Part shown: piece by piece, positions 10,322 through 19,885 of the stretch
Position numbering within the stretch: position 1 is the stretch's first letter
How the letters are laid out: every line of letters begins with the position of its first letter
Assembly: GCA_964558645.1 (NCBI GenBank)
Contig: CAZLEV010000004.1
Location: 181,569-245,568 of the forward strand
Source of the DNA: an uncultured archaeon
GTDB lineage: Archaea > Asgardarchaeota > Thorarchaeia > Thorarchaeales > Thorarchaeaceae
Reading direction: 5' to 3'
DNA: 64,000 bases
The notes under the pieces: model-generated
What the model was told of the DNA's origin: nothing
Seen by the model: the letters and a program-made list of their open reading frames with translations, nothing else
The model's database searches: none
Made by a program: the position numbers and the translations under genes

Positions 10322-11296
10322 ATGACAAGCGATGCAAGGGATGAAACGAAGCAGGATGAAGAAGTAGAGAAGCGTAGGTATATCCCTCATCTTGCTGAGT
10401 TCTACTTCAAGCCCACTCATGATTGGAGCATCGCAGAGGCTAAGAGGCTATACCATTCAGCCGAGAATGACTGCGGCAACATGAGTCTGGACTCTGTTCA
10501 TTTCAAAGACTGTATATCAGGGATGAAAGAGATGCCGAGGGAGTGTGTCGACCTAGTCATCGCGGATCCTCCGTTCGGGATAGATTTTGACGGCAAGAGT
10601 GGGGCATATAATCGAGATGAGAGTCTGGTTGTCAGTGGGTACGAGGAGATTGATGAGGATTACATTGCCTTCAGCGAGTCGTGGATTGGCGAGGCAGCTC
10701 GAATTCTAAACGATAGTGGGTCCATGTATATTTTCAGCGGCTGGAATAATCTCGAATATGTCTTGAGAGGCGCAAGATTGGCGGGGCTACATCTGCTCAA
10801 CCATCTTATCTGGCAGTATCAGTTTGGTGTGTTCACCAAGAGGAGATTCGTTAGCAGTCACTACCACATTCTTCTCTTGGTCAAGAACAAGGACAACTAC
10901 TTCTTCAACAAGCTGGAGAACTATCCCCAAGATGTCTGGAAAATAAAGCGGAGCTATCGTACCGGAAAGTCGAAGAATAGCACAAAACTGCCACTGAGAG
11001 TGGTCCAGAAGTGCATCGACTACTCTTCAGCTCCAGGGGAGATAGTACTGGACCCGTTCGTAGGCAATGGGACCACGGCCGTCGCTGCCAAGGGAGCGCT
11101 ACGACACTTCATTGGCTACGAGATAAACTCCCAACTGGAGAAAATCATTGCATCGAACCTGGCTGCCGTTGAGCCCGGTCAATTCTACATTTCGTACTCT
11201 GATAGACTTCCCTCCATTGAGGAGCTGGCCAAGAAGTATCCGAGAGCCTATCGCGAATATGTGAAGAGGGAAAACCAAGAGAGCGGCGGAGAATAG
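10322..11296 (+). CDS. Beta-class amino (N4-C/N6-A) DNA methyltransferase, no adjacent REase recognised
   Basis: Catalytic DLVIADPPF precedes SAM-binding VLDPFVGNGTT; FIGYEI. Confidence 0.9.
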   Translation: MTSDARDETKQDEEVEKRRYIPHLAEFYFKPTHDWSIAEAKRLYHSAENDCGNMSLDSVHFKDCISGMKEMPRECVDLVIADPPFGIDFDGKSGAYNRDESLVVSGYEEIDEDYIAFSESWIGEAARILNDSGSMYIFSGWNNLEYVLRGARLAGLHLLNHLIWQYQFGVFTKRRFVSSHYHILLLVKNKDNYFFNKLENYPQDVWKIKRSYRTGKSKNSTKLPLRVVQKCIDYSSAPGEIVLDPFVGNGTTAVAAKGALRHFIGYEINSQLEKIIASNLAAVEPGQFYISYSDRLPSIEELAKKYPRAYREYVKRENQESGGE

Positions 11297-11305
11297 ACAG
11301 ATTGA

Positions 11306-12763
11306 ATGAGAGGATTGGTTGCTGTGCCATATGACGAACTCTTCGAAAAGTACGGAGCAGACCGCGATCGGTTAGGCGATGTGGTTTCTCCAAGTGATGT
11401 CTTCACCCGCGAGTATGGCTCGGAGTTAACAGAATGGGAACGTGGCTTGCATCGTGATTTCAGAACACATGAACATGGAAGAAGATACATCCACAGGGGT
11501 TTTGTGCACTATACGCGTTACATGGACCTCATTCTCTTGACTCCTAGCCCTTGGCTTGTAGAAGGCGTCTTCGTCTACCTAACCTCTGATCAAGAACCTC
11601 CAGATGAAGGAGCGTATGTCCAAGTAAGCGGAAAGAGTATAGCCTTGCCCCGACTCCTTCAGAAGGGCAATGACATTGTTCAGGCGTTTACTGCAGAAGA
11701 TATTCAAGAACTGAAAATTGACCTAATAGACCAGATTCGGCCGCCTCTATCTCTTAAGGACATCTCGGAGTTGTTGTTCGAACATGTGGGTATGGCTGAG
11801 GCAAGCAAACGAGTTTTTGCACGGTTGTTCGTATCCAGTCCACCGTTTCAGCAATCCGTCGGAGGGCTAACCACAGGGATTCAAGCGATAGCATCCAAGA
11901 CTCAGGTTCGTCGCCTCCTCTCTTTCACTCGGAGTGTCATACCTCCTACACTCAGAGGGACAAGAGGGAGGCATCATAATGTAAGAGGATTCAGAATCTC
12001 AACTCCTAGGACTTGGAGATTGGATGCTGGAATGGTCAGCTCAACAAATCTCCGAACACTATGCATAGAGAGGCAAGACCCCCGGGGGTTCAGAGAGGTC
12101 TCCGTTGGGACACTGACCGAGAAGAGCACTGCAGTCTTGCCCGACGTTCCTCTTGCCTTGACATCAGAAGACTTCTGGGTCGAAACAAAGAGCTCAAAGC
12201 ATCTTAGACTTCCCATACTGAAGTCTGTCATCACATTCCAGATGATGAACCCGAAGATATCCGTACGTTCGGTTGATGCAGCAACAAAACACGTTCTCGA
12301 ACGGATGGAGAGGGTAAAGGAAAGTTTTGGGCTGGAGGAGAGTGCCTTGGCACGGGGTCACATTCTGGATGCTGATGCATTAGGAAGGCCCCTCAGCACG
12401 ATTAGACTGGCCAGATCTACTGCACGAGCGTCATGGCAAGACAAAGTGAAGGCATCTGACCTTAAGCAGTCATGGAACCAGATTCTCGAACCCGCACTGA
12501 AGGAATTCCTTGAACTGGTAGAACTAGAGTCAAGGGCTAAGGAAGACTGGGGAGAAGGGGCCCGTCTTGAGAAGTTCAACACCAAAGTTCATCGAGCAAT
12601 ACGACAGCTAGATAGCGGGAAGACGGGATCACTTGGGCCAAGTCTCGAAGAGATAGCTGAAGAGGCCGGAGTAGAAGTGCATGTTGCAGCCGAGAACCTA
12701 GAGAGAATGAAGAGAAACGGTGTCGTCTATGAGCCACGAACAGGGCACTACCGCCTGGTATAG
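11306..12763 (+). CDS. Degenerate MCM-like protein (OB + inactive AAA+ + C-terminal winged helix)
   Basis: VYLTSDQEPPDEGAYVQVSG (MCM OB), WRLDAG (MCM WxLEAG), RPLSTIRLARSTAR...V...D (sensor II), GVVYEPRTGHYRLV (MCM C-terminal WH); no Walker A/B. Confidence 0.65.
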   Translation: MRGLVAVPYDELFEKYGADRDRLGDVVSPSDVFTREYGSELTEWERGLHRDFRTHEHGRRYIHRGFVHYTRYMDLILLTPSPWLVEGVFVYLTSDQEPPDEGAYVQVSGKSIALPRLLQKGNDIVQAFTAEDIQELKIDLIDQIRPPLSLKDISELLFEHVGMAEASKRVFARLFVSSPPFQQSVGGLTTGIQAIASKTQVRRLLSFTRSVIPPTLRGTRGRHHNVRGFRISTPRTWRLDAGMVSSTNLRTLCIERQDPRGFREVSVGTLTEKSTAVLPDVPLALTSEDFWVETKSSKHLRLPILKSVITFQMMNPKISVRSVDAATKHVLERMERVKESFGLEESALARGHILDADALGRPLSTIRLARSTARASWQDKVKASDLKQSWNQILEPALKEFLELVELESRAKEDWGEGARLEKFNTKVHRAIRQLDSGKTGSLGPSLEEIAEEAGVEVHVAAENLERMKRNGVVYEPRTGHYRLV

Positions 12764-12784
12764 AGGACGGGAGAGGAGACCATC

Positions 12785-13591
12785 TTGCCAGAACTGCCTG
12801 AGCTCGAAGCCATTGCGATGAAACTGTGGGAAAGGTTCAACGGTAAGGAGGTCGAATCAGTTCGGGTGTATGAGGCTCTTGTCATTCATGCCATCACACC
12901 AGATGATTTCGTCGAAAGAATAACCAATTCGGTCTTGTCTTCCTGTGTCGCCGATGGCAAGTTCATAATCCTCAGTCTCACTGGAAACAAGAAGATTGTA
13001 GTCAATCCGATGCTGGCAGGAAGATTCAGAATCGTACAGAGAGGGCGAAGATCTCTGAAGAGAAACATCTTCGCTCTTGAATTCGGGAGCGAGAGTCTTC
13101 TGTACACTGATACTAAGAGAATGAGCAGAGTCTATCTGGTTCTTGACGACGATTTCACCGTTGTCAAGGGTTTCGCGGGACGGGGACCACAAGCGCTTGG
13201 ACACGATCTTACGGAACATGCATTCCTAGACAGAATCAAGAGGTTCAGAGGACATATCAAGAATGTTCTGACGAACCAACGATTCATCACAGGCATTGGC
13301 AACGCATATGCAGACGAGGTCCTTCTCTACGCAGGAATCATGCCGTTCAGAAGAAGAGCAAGTCTGAGTACCAACGAGATTGTCAGCCTTTACAGGGCGA
13401 TGAGAGACGTCTTGTCGCGCTATCGGGACATGATGATGAAGAGGAATCTGTCGGAACTAGCCACGGAGAAACGAGACTTCCTGATGATTCATGGAAGAGG
13501 AGGGGAAAAGTGTCCGCTCTGTGGGGGGAGAATATCAGAAGTAACAGCCAATCGCTTCAAGACGAACTACTGTCAGACCTGCCAGAAATGA
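12785..13591 (+). CDS. mutM: Fpg/Nei family DNA glycosylase/AP lyase
   Basis: N-terminal PELPE, H2TH motif NQRFITGIGNAYADE, Zn finger CPLC...CQTC; TTG start. Confidence 0.93.
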   Translation: MPELPELEAIAMKLWERFNGKEVESVRVYEALVIHAITPDDFVERITNSVLSSCVADGKFIILSLTGNKKIVVNPMLAGRFRIVQRGRRSLKRNIFALEFGSESLLYTDTKRMSRVYLVLDDDFTVVKGFAGRGPQALGHDLTEHAFLDRIKRFRGHIKNVLTNQRFITGIGNAYADEVLLYAGIMPFRRRASLSTNEIVSLYRAMRDVLSRYRDMMMKRNLSELATEKRDFLMIHGRGGEKCPLCGGRISEVTANRFKTNYCQTCQK

Positions 13592-13647
13592 AGCACAAGA
13601 CACTAATCTCTGACCATTCATAGTAAGCATGAAGACCTCAGTACAGG

Positions 13648-14835
13648 GTGATGAGTGTGGATGATTGGGAATTAGAATTCTTGAGAGATCTTGTAGAACT
13701 GGACACAAACAGCGAGCAGAAGAAGAACTACACCGAGTGTGCTGCTGTTGTGGTGGAGAGATGCAAAGAGGCGGGCCTTGCGGTTGAAGTCTTCGACTCG
13801 AAGCATGAGGGGGTGGCTCAGCCAAATGTGGTTGCCGAACTGAATGCTGACAGCGACCGAACAGTCCTCCTTGCGACCCACTATGATGTTGTCCCAGCAG
13901 GAGATGAAGACAAGTGGACCCGACCACCGTTCGAGCTGGTGGTTGAGAAAGACCGAGTATATGGGAGAGGTACAACCGACAACAAAGGGAACATTGTGGC
14001 ATCCGTCAGCGCTGCAAGGGCTCTATTGGAGCAAGGCTCAGCAAACGTCAACTGGAAAATACTCATCTCGCCTAATGAAGAGATTGGAGGAGAATGGGGG
14101 ATCGACTATCTGATAAACGGACCCCCTAAAATACGAGGAGACTTCGGCATCGTAGTAGATTCTAGCCCTAACTACATCAGTATGGGTGCAAGCGGCATCG
14201 TGGCGGGTACTGTGACCATAACGGGTACGCAGGGTCATGCAGGTATGCCCTTTGCCTTCACAAACGCGATACACATCAGCATCCCGGTCATGAATGCGCT
14301 ACTCCGCTTCGCAGACCTCAGAAGGAAAGTGACCTCTCAATATCCAGCTCCTCCTGAGAGCCCGTTTCAGAATCTCTGGGGGCGGTTCTCTATGACCGTG
14401 TACAAAGCCGGCACTAAGACTAACGTAATCCCAGGCAAGGCCGAGATCTCGTTTGACTGCAGGATAATTCCTGAAGAGAATCCGGATGAAGTTGCCAATC
14501 AGATATCCAAGTTCTTGGAGAAGACACGGGAAGAAACCGGGATTCAGGTAGACGTGTCTTTCATCACAAAGGCAGACAGCTGGGTCTCGGACACAGATAA
14601 CCCCTATGCACAGGCATTTCACGAATCGGTCAACTCAACCGTGGGCACATTCGTACCTATGGCTGTTGACCTGGGTGGCAATGATGGGTCCTTTTTTGTG
14701 AATGCAGGAATCCCTGCAGTATGCTATGGTACGATTGCTAAGGACAACAACTTCCACGGCATCGACGAGTTCATGAGGCTGGATGATTTCGACAAGGTGA
14801 AAAGAGCCCTGATTCACTTTGCAGAGTCGTGTTAG
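13648..14835 (+). CDS. M20 family metallopeptidase/deacylase (ArgE/DapE-like)
   Basis: THYDVVP, GRGTTDNKG, NEEIG, FHGIDE. Confidence 0.92.
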   Translation: MMSVDDWELEFLRDLVELDTNSEQKKNYTECAAVVVERCKEAGLAVEVFDSKHEGVAQPNVVAELNADSDRTVLLATHYDVVPAGDEDKWTRPPFELVVEKDRVYGRGTTDNKGNIVASVSAARALLEQGSANVNWKILISPNEEIGGEWGIDYLINGPPKIRGDFGIVVDSSPNYISMGASGIVAGTVTITGTQGHAGMPFAFTNAIHISIPVMNALLRFADLRRKVTSQYPAPPESPFQNLWGRFSMTVYKAGTKTNVIPGKAEISFDCRIIPEENPDEVANQISKFLEKTREETGIQVDVSFITKADSWVSDTDNPYAQAFHESVNSTVGTFVPMAVDLGGNDGSFFVNAGIPAVCYGTIAKDNNFHGIDEFMRLDDFDKVKRALIHFAESC

Positions 14836-14838
14836 TCC

Positions 14839-15963
14839 ATGGTCGATGTTCATGATCTTCAGATAGGTGCTCCGGGTCCCTTCTTGCCCCCTTGGGACCG
14901 TGTCAAGAAGAATGCAGAATTGATTGATTCATTGGGATATGACAGCATGGCATTTCCCGACCATTTTGCAGGCTTCGTTCCTGAGAGTATATGGACACCA
15001 GATATTACACCGCTTGCCCTCATACAACAGTCTCCTCATACATTCTTTGAGCTCAGTTCCATCATGGCAGCCTCAGCTGTGGTCACTAAGCACGTTGATA
15101 TCATATCAGCTGTAACAGAGCCAATCCGAAGGCACCCAGTTCTTCTCGCCCAGACGTTCATGACACTTGATCACATCAGTGAGGGAAGAGCCATCCTTGG
15201 AATCGGAGCAGGTGAGGCTGAAAACATAGAACCCTATGGCCTCAGCTACTCAGGACAAGTCGGCAAACTACGGGAGGCATTGGAGATCATCACGAGAATA
15301 TGGCAAACACACGAGCCATTCAACTACGAGGGGCGATTCTGGAAACTGAAAGATGGCGTGATGTCTCTGAGACCAAGCAGGTCTGACAGGCCGCCCAGAA
15401 TATGGATTGCTGCTCATGGACCAAAAATGCTGAACATCACAGCGGAGTTCGGTGATGGCTGGATTCCAACACTCTTAGACCCGACCGATTACGGTCATCG
15501 CCTGGATCAGATAATGAAAGCCAGAAAACGATTGAAGAAGGAGAATGAGTTCACCGCCGCTCTCTGGCAATGGTTCATTCTTGATGACGAGCCGGAGGAA
15601 TGCAGGAGGATGATGCAGACTCCACTAGCAAAGGCCTTTGCCCTTCTCTATCCCGCAGAACTATGGACGAAACTCGGATATGAACACCCTCTCGGCAGTG
15701 ACTTCTACTCTCTGCGAGACTACATACCTATGCGGTATGGGAGAGAAACCATGCTGGAGGCCATCGATAGAGTGCCACAGGAGATCTTGGAGAGTTTCTA
15801 CATTACAGGAGATGCCGACTCAGTACTGGATATACTGGAAGAGTACATGAAACACGGATTGGAGCACATCATCATGTGGAATGTGACAGGAATGTTCGAT
15901 CTTGAGAGAACGCGATCATCCTATCGAGTCATGAAGGAGATACTAGAATATGTCAAGGGGTAG
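14839..15963 (+). CDS. LLM-class (probably F420-dependent) oxidoreductase
   Basis: GYDSMAFPDH, TLDHISEGRAILGIGAGE, IWIAAHGPKML...GDGW. Confidence 0.9.
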   Translation: MVDVHDLQIGAPGPFLPPWDRVKKNAELIDSLGYDSMAFPDHFAGFVPESIWTPDITPLALIQQSPHTFFELSSIMAASAVVTKHVDIISAVTEPIRRHPVLLAQTFMTLDHISEGRAILGIGAGEAENIEPYGLSYSGQVGKLREALEIITRIWQTHEPFNYEGRFWKLKDGVMSLRPSRSDRPPRIWIAAHGPKMLNITAEFGDGWIPTLLDPTDYGHRLDQIMKARKRLKKENEFTAALWQWFILDDEPEECRRMMQTPLAKAFALLYPAELWTKLGYEHPLGSDFYSLRDYIPMRYGRETMLEAIDRVPQEILESFYITGDADSVLDILEEYMKHGLEHIIMWNVTGMFDLERTRSSYRVMKEILEYVKG

Positions 15964-16522
15964 ACTGACCCTGATCACCACCAACGAGCATAAACTAGCT
16001 GAGCTACGCCCGCTCTTTGCAGAATATGGGGTTGACTTCGAAACCATGAATGTTGAGAAGATCGAGATAAGGGACGATTCGGTGGAGATCGTGGCAAGGG
16101 AGGCTGCAAGACACGCGTTCGAGACTGTTCAGAAACCAGTAGTTGTCGATGATACAGGCCTCTACATCGACACTCTAGCAGGTTTTCCAAGGGCGTATCC
16201 AGCTTTCGTACTCGAAACTATAGGCAGACAGGGAATACTCAAACTCCTTGAAGGGAAGACAGACCGCAGTGCGCGCTTTGTAACCAGTGTGGGGTATTCT
16301 GATGGACAGAACTTGTACACTTTCACAGGAGAGATGCGAGGGAAGATATCACTGGAAGAGCGTGGATCAGAGGGGTTTGGTTATGACCCCATCTTCATTC
16401 CTGAAGGCTTCGACCAAACCTACGCCGAACTCTCCTTTCAGGAAAAGACAGCCATCTCGCATAGAACTCGAGCTTTCAGTTCATTTCTCAAATGGTATCG
16501 AAACGAGTTCAACAAGTCTTAA
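15950..16522 (+). CDS. rdgB: Non-canonical purine NTP pyrophosphatase (HAM1/RdgB)
   Basis: TTNEHKLAE, VDDTGL, GFGYDPIF, SHR. Confidence 0.95.
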   Translation: MSRGRLTLITTNEHKLAELRPLFAEYGVDFETMNVEKIEIRDDSVEIVAREAARHAFETVQKPVVVDDTGLYIDTLAGFPRAYPAFVLETIGRQGILKLLEGKTDRSARFVTSVGYSDGQNLYTFTGEMRGKISLEERGSEGFGYDPIFIPEGFDQTYAELSFQEKTAISHRTRAFSSFLKWYRNEFNKS

Positions 16523-16561
16523 GACCGTCCTGAGGCCTGTTTGATGCTGCTGGTGTGATTC

Positions 16562-17317
16562 ATGAAGATAAGCGAGAACGCCCTGAAGGCCCTGAGAGAA
16601 CTAGGCCTCACAGAGTACGAAACTTCAGCGTATCTGGCTCTTGTTGATGGCGGCAAGATGGCGGCCTCGGATATCAGCTCAGAATCAGGTGTGCCCTATA
16701 GCAGAATCTACGACGTTCTGGGTAGGCTCGAAGAGAAAGGTTTCATCCAGATTCAGAGGGGAAGACCAACCCTGTACATCGCCAAGGCACCTACGGAGGT
16801 TGTTCGTCTTGTGAGGCTTAACCTAGAAGAGAAACTTGACCGCTCTAGCAAGCTGGTTGTCGACGAACTACAGCCGCTGTATGAAGAAGACCAACAAGTA
16901 ACGAGCAGGGATGTCTTTGTGATACATGGCCGCTCAGCCATTCTTGCCAAGGCAATAGAGATGGTCAATACCGCTCGCGAACAGATCAAGCTCTCAGTTC
17001 CCAGTCTTGACTTGGAAACCGAAGACATTGATGCAATAATTGATCGAGTTCTTGATGTGAGAACCAAGAATGTCAGTGTTCTAACGTCTGATGTGCCCGA
17101 GTCTATGAGGAATATGATTCCTAACGGGTTCCACATCCGCACTCGGGAGAGGGTATTTGGCGCAGGTCTGGTTGTTGATGAGCGGCAGACTCTTATCATG
17201 CTAGCTGGTGGAGAGAAGCAGCAGTACCTTGGAGTCTATTCTAATCACGCTGTTTTTGCAGCGATGGCATCTGCATACTTTGATTCCCTCTGGCAAGAAT
17301 CCAAGCCGTTAAGCTAG
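16562..17317 (+). CDS. TrmB family transcription regulator
   Basis: LGLTEYETSAYLAL, SGVPYSRIYDVLGRLEEKG; C-terminal PLD-like domain ending YFDSLW. Confidence 0.92.
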   Translation: MKISENALKALRELGLTEYETSAYLALVDGGKMAASDISSESGVPYSRIYDVLGRLEEKGFIQIQRGRPTLYIAKAPTEVVRLVRLNLEEKLDRSSKLVVDELQPLYEEDQQVTSRDVFVIHGRSAILAKAIEMVNTAREQIKLSVPSLDLETEDIDAIIDRVLDVRTKNVSVLTSDVPESMRNMIPNGFHIRTRERVFGAGLVVDERQTLIMLAGGEKQQYLGVYSNHAVFAAMASAYFDSLWQESKPLS

Positions 17318-17456
17318 GAGGAGGTTAAATGGGGGGCACAGGACAAAAGAGATGGTAGTCTCTGCCAACAAGACCGTCTAGGGGAGATAGAAGAAACCTA
17401 CGAAGGAAGTAGGCACTCCAGACACCTCAATAGCATCTCCTGAGGAGACAACAATC

Positions 17457-18809
17457 ATGCCTGAATTCAAGATATCAGCGTCTGCTGACGCGCTGCTTCG
17501 CGTACTTCAAATGATAGAGAAGGGGTCATCTATCGACCTATTCAGTGACGGACCAGATGTCGAACAAGTCAGAAGAATGGTAGAAACTTATCGAGGTGGG
17601 CTTCACGATGATCTTGTGGAGCGTTTGGAGAGAGTAGCCGACTTAGGGGGACCTTCACTGGCAACACAGCGAGACCTCTTTTCGCTCGTTACTCAACTCT
17701 GGGAGGAGAATATCTCCAGACTCAACAAGACCGAGTTGCTTGTGCTGCAGAGAGCTGTTGAGGCTCCTGGTGAGAGTATTAGTAGACTCTCTAAGCAGGT
17801 CAGAATAAGCTACTCTCGTGCGAGAAGAGGGTACCGCAAGCTAGAGCAGGCGGGAGTCTTGCATGTTGAGGGGATGCTCAATTCTCAGTCAATCGGGCTT
17901 GAACGGATCATGGTCATTCTTGAAAATCCGAGCTTGGTTCTGGCAGGCCCCTACATTGAGAAGAGTCTCTATGTTGATGGTGCGATTCCACGATGTCACC
18001 TGGTTTTGACATGCCCCCGCGACAGAACGCGGGACTTGCTAGTATTGTTCAGGTCATTGAGGGCTACCTCGGACAATATCTCAGCATTCCGAATCTCTGT
18101 GGGTAAGCCAAGGTTTTCGTTCCTCTATTTTGACTATGCAAGCTCTTCTTGGTTCCCTGACCTGCTCCATCAGCGATTACTCGTGCGGCAAGGGGGAGAG
18201 CCCATAACTCTCGCAGAGTCATCTAACAAGATAGAACAATATCCCGACCTCAAGAGCAATGACTTGAAGGTCATTGACGTACTTCGAAAGAACTATCACA
18301 GCCCTATCGAGGATATCGTAAGAAAAGCAGCAATCTCTGAGAGCACCGCCTTCAAGAAGAGAAAGGCAATACAGCAAGCAGAAGCACCAGTTCTGTTGCC
18401 GCGAACACGTGTAAACATTCCCATGCTAGGCGAGAGGATAATGGTCATAGCCTCTCCCGAAACAGCAGGAGATATACTTCCTGCCTGGAGGGAGTTACCG
18501 CAGACCTACGTGTCACGCATAGCGAACCTGGAAGATGAGAGAGACAATAGGATCATGCTTCTTGCGGCGCTCCCTGCTGGAAGCGGAAGGAAGATTCTAC
18601 AGATCTTGGAAGAGGAGATAAGCCGTGTCAACAACTATTCTGCACACACTATCTCTGCAGGGACAGAAACAAGAATGTCGATGTCCACGATGTTCGATAA
18701 TAAGAGTTCGTCTTGGAAGTGGGATCACGGTGCCTTCTTCGAACCGGTCGCTTACGGTGTTGCCAGACGCGATGCGGGTAGCGAGAACATTCCCGTTGAC
18801 CTAGCATGA
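17457..18809 (+). CDS. Protein with two Lrp/AsnC-like HTH modules
   Basis: LNKTELLVL...ISRLSKQVRISYSRARRGYRKLEQAGVL and LKSNDLKVIDVL...IEDIVRKAAISESTAFKK; ERIMVI occurs in both halves. Confidence 0.6.
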   Translation: MPEFKISASADALLRVLQMIEKGSSIDLFSDGPDVEQVRRMVETYRGGLHDDLVERLERVADLGGPSLATQRDLFSLVTQLWEENISRLNKTELLVLQRAVEAPGESISRLSKQVRISYSRARRGYRKLEQAGVLHVEGMLNSQSIGLERIMVILENPSLVLAGPYIEKSLYVDGAIPRCHLVLTCPRDRTRDLLVLFRSLRATSDNISAFRISVGKPRFSFLYFDYASSSWFPDLLHQRLLVRQGGEPITLAESSNKIEQYPDLKSNDLKVIDVLRKNYHSPIEDIVRKAAISESTAFKKRKAIQQAEAPVLLPRTRVNIPMLGERIMVIASPETAGDILPAWRELPQTYVSRIANLEDERDNRIMLLAALPAGSGRKILQILEEEISRVNNYSAHTISAGTETRMSMSTMFDNKSSSWKWDHGAFFEPVAYGVARRDAGSENIPVDLA

Positions 18810-18942
18810 TACTCACATGATCAGTCCAAGTTTCACTACTGTTTCGGCTTGTGCCTGCAGTTTTCTGTGGCCTGTGGACCGTTGTGTATCTTCACAAGTA
18901 TTATGTGGCTCTATCCTAGGATTTCTTCTTGTGGATTCATCT

Positions 18943-19878
18943 ATGTTTGATGTGACCTTTCTTGGTACGGGTGGTTCAATCCCCACAGAAGGACGCAATC
19001 TGCCCGCAATCGCAGTTCAACACGAAGGGTGGGTCCTGCTTTTGGATGCTGGGGAGGATGTTCAGCGTCAGCTAGAGAGAGCGAACATCGGTCTTAACAA
19101 GCCAATGCGTGTCTTCATCAGCCATATCCATGCAGACCATCTAATCGGACTGCCAGGCCTATTGCTGCGTTTCTCCCTGTTAGGAAGGGAAAAGCCTCTC
19201 GAGATTTTTGGTCCTCCTGACTTGGTTGAATACATCAAAGTGAACCAGAAGACGATACACCTAGGAACAACCTTTGAGACCACCGTCTATGGTGTGGAGA
19301 GCGGAGTCCTCTTTGAAGATGATGGGTTGTCTGTGAGAGCATTTGAGGTGAGTCACCGTGGAAAGGCATTTGGATTCGAGGTCACATACCAGCGAATGAC
19401 GGGAACATTCTTACCAGACCGGGCCAGAGAACTTGGAGTCCCAGAGGGCCCACTGTGGAAATCGCTCTCTGACGGAATGACCATAGAACTCGATGACGGA
19501 ATGACAGTCAGTCCTGAACAGGTGACGGAAGCGAAACCGCCCCCTATCAAGATAGTCTACTCTGGAGATACACGACCTTGCGACAGTCTTACAGAGGCCG
19601 CTCAGAATGCGAATCTGCTGATATGTGAGGCCATGTATGCAGAAGAACACAGAGATCTAGCGGTTGAGAGAGGTCATACCACAGCAGTCCAGGCCGCGGA
19701 GATTGCTCGAGATGCAAATGTGCGGCTTCTCGCACTAACCCACTATAGTCCCAGATATGAAGCTGAAGGGGGAGAGCAGATTCTACGAGAAGCGAGAGAA
19801 GTATTCAGCAACAGTATTCTTGCACGAGACTTGATGCAGATCAGTGTCGGCCAGGACGAAACAAGAGTGAAGGACTGA
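18943..19878 (+). CDS. rnz: Ribonuclease Z
   Basis: FLGTGGSIP, SHIHADHLIG, exosite GVPEGPLW, YSGDT, THYSPRY; start reassigned to MFDV at 18943. Confidence 0.96.
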   Translation: MFDVTFLGTGGSIPTEGRNLPAIAVQHEGWVLLLDAGEDVQRQLERANIGLNKPMRVFISHIHADHLIGLPGLLLRFSLLGREKPLEIFGPPDLVEYIKVNQKTIHLGTTFETTVYGVESGVLFEDDGLSVRAFEVSHRGKAFGFEVTYQRMTGTFLPDRARELGVPEGPLWKSLSDGMTIELDDGMTVSPEQVTEAKPPPIKIVYSGDTRPCDSLTEAAQNANLLICEAMYAEEHRDLAVERGHTTAVQAAEIARDANVRLLALTHYSPRYEAEGGEQILREAREVFSNSILARDLMQISVGQDETRVKD

Positions 19879-19885
19879 AGACCTG

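Noticed and set aside
10322-12763. Classical restriction-modification or BREX locus
   Set aside because: No PD-(D/E)xK or HNH nuclease, BrxC, PglZ or Lon domain adjacent; the AlkP-like gene is about 47 kb away.
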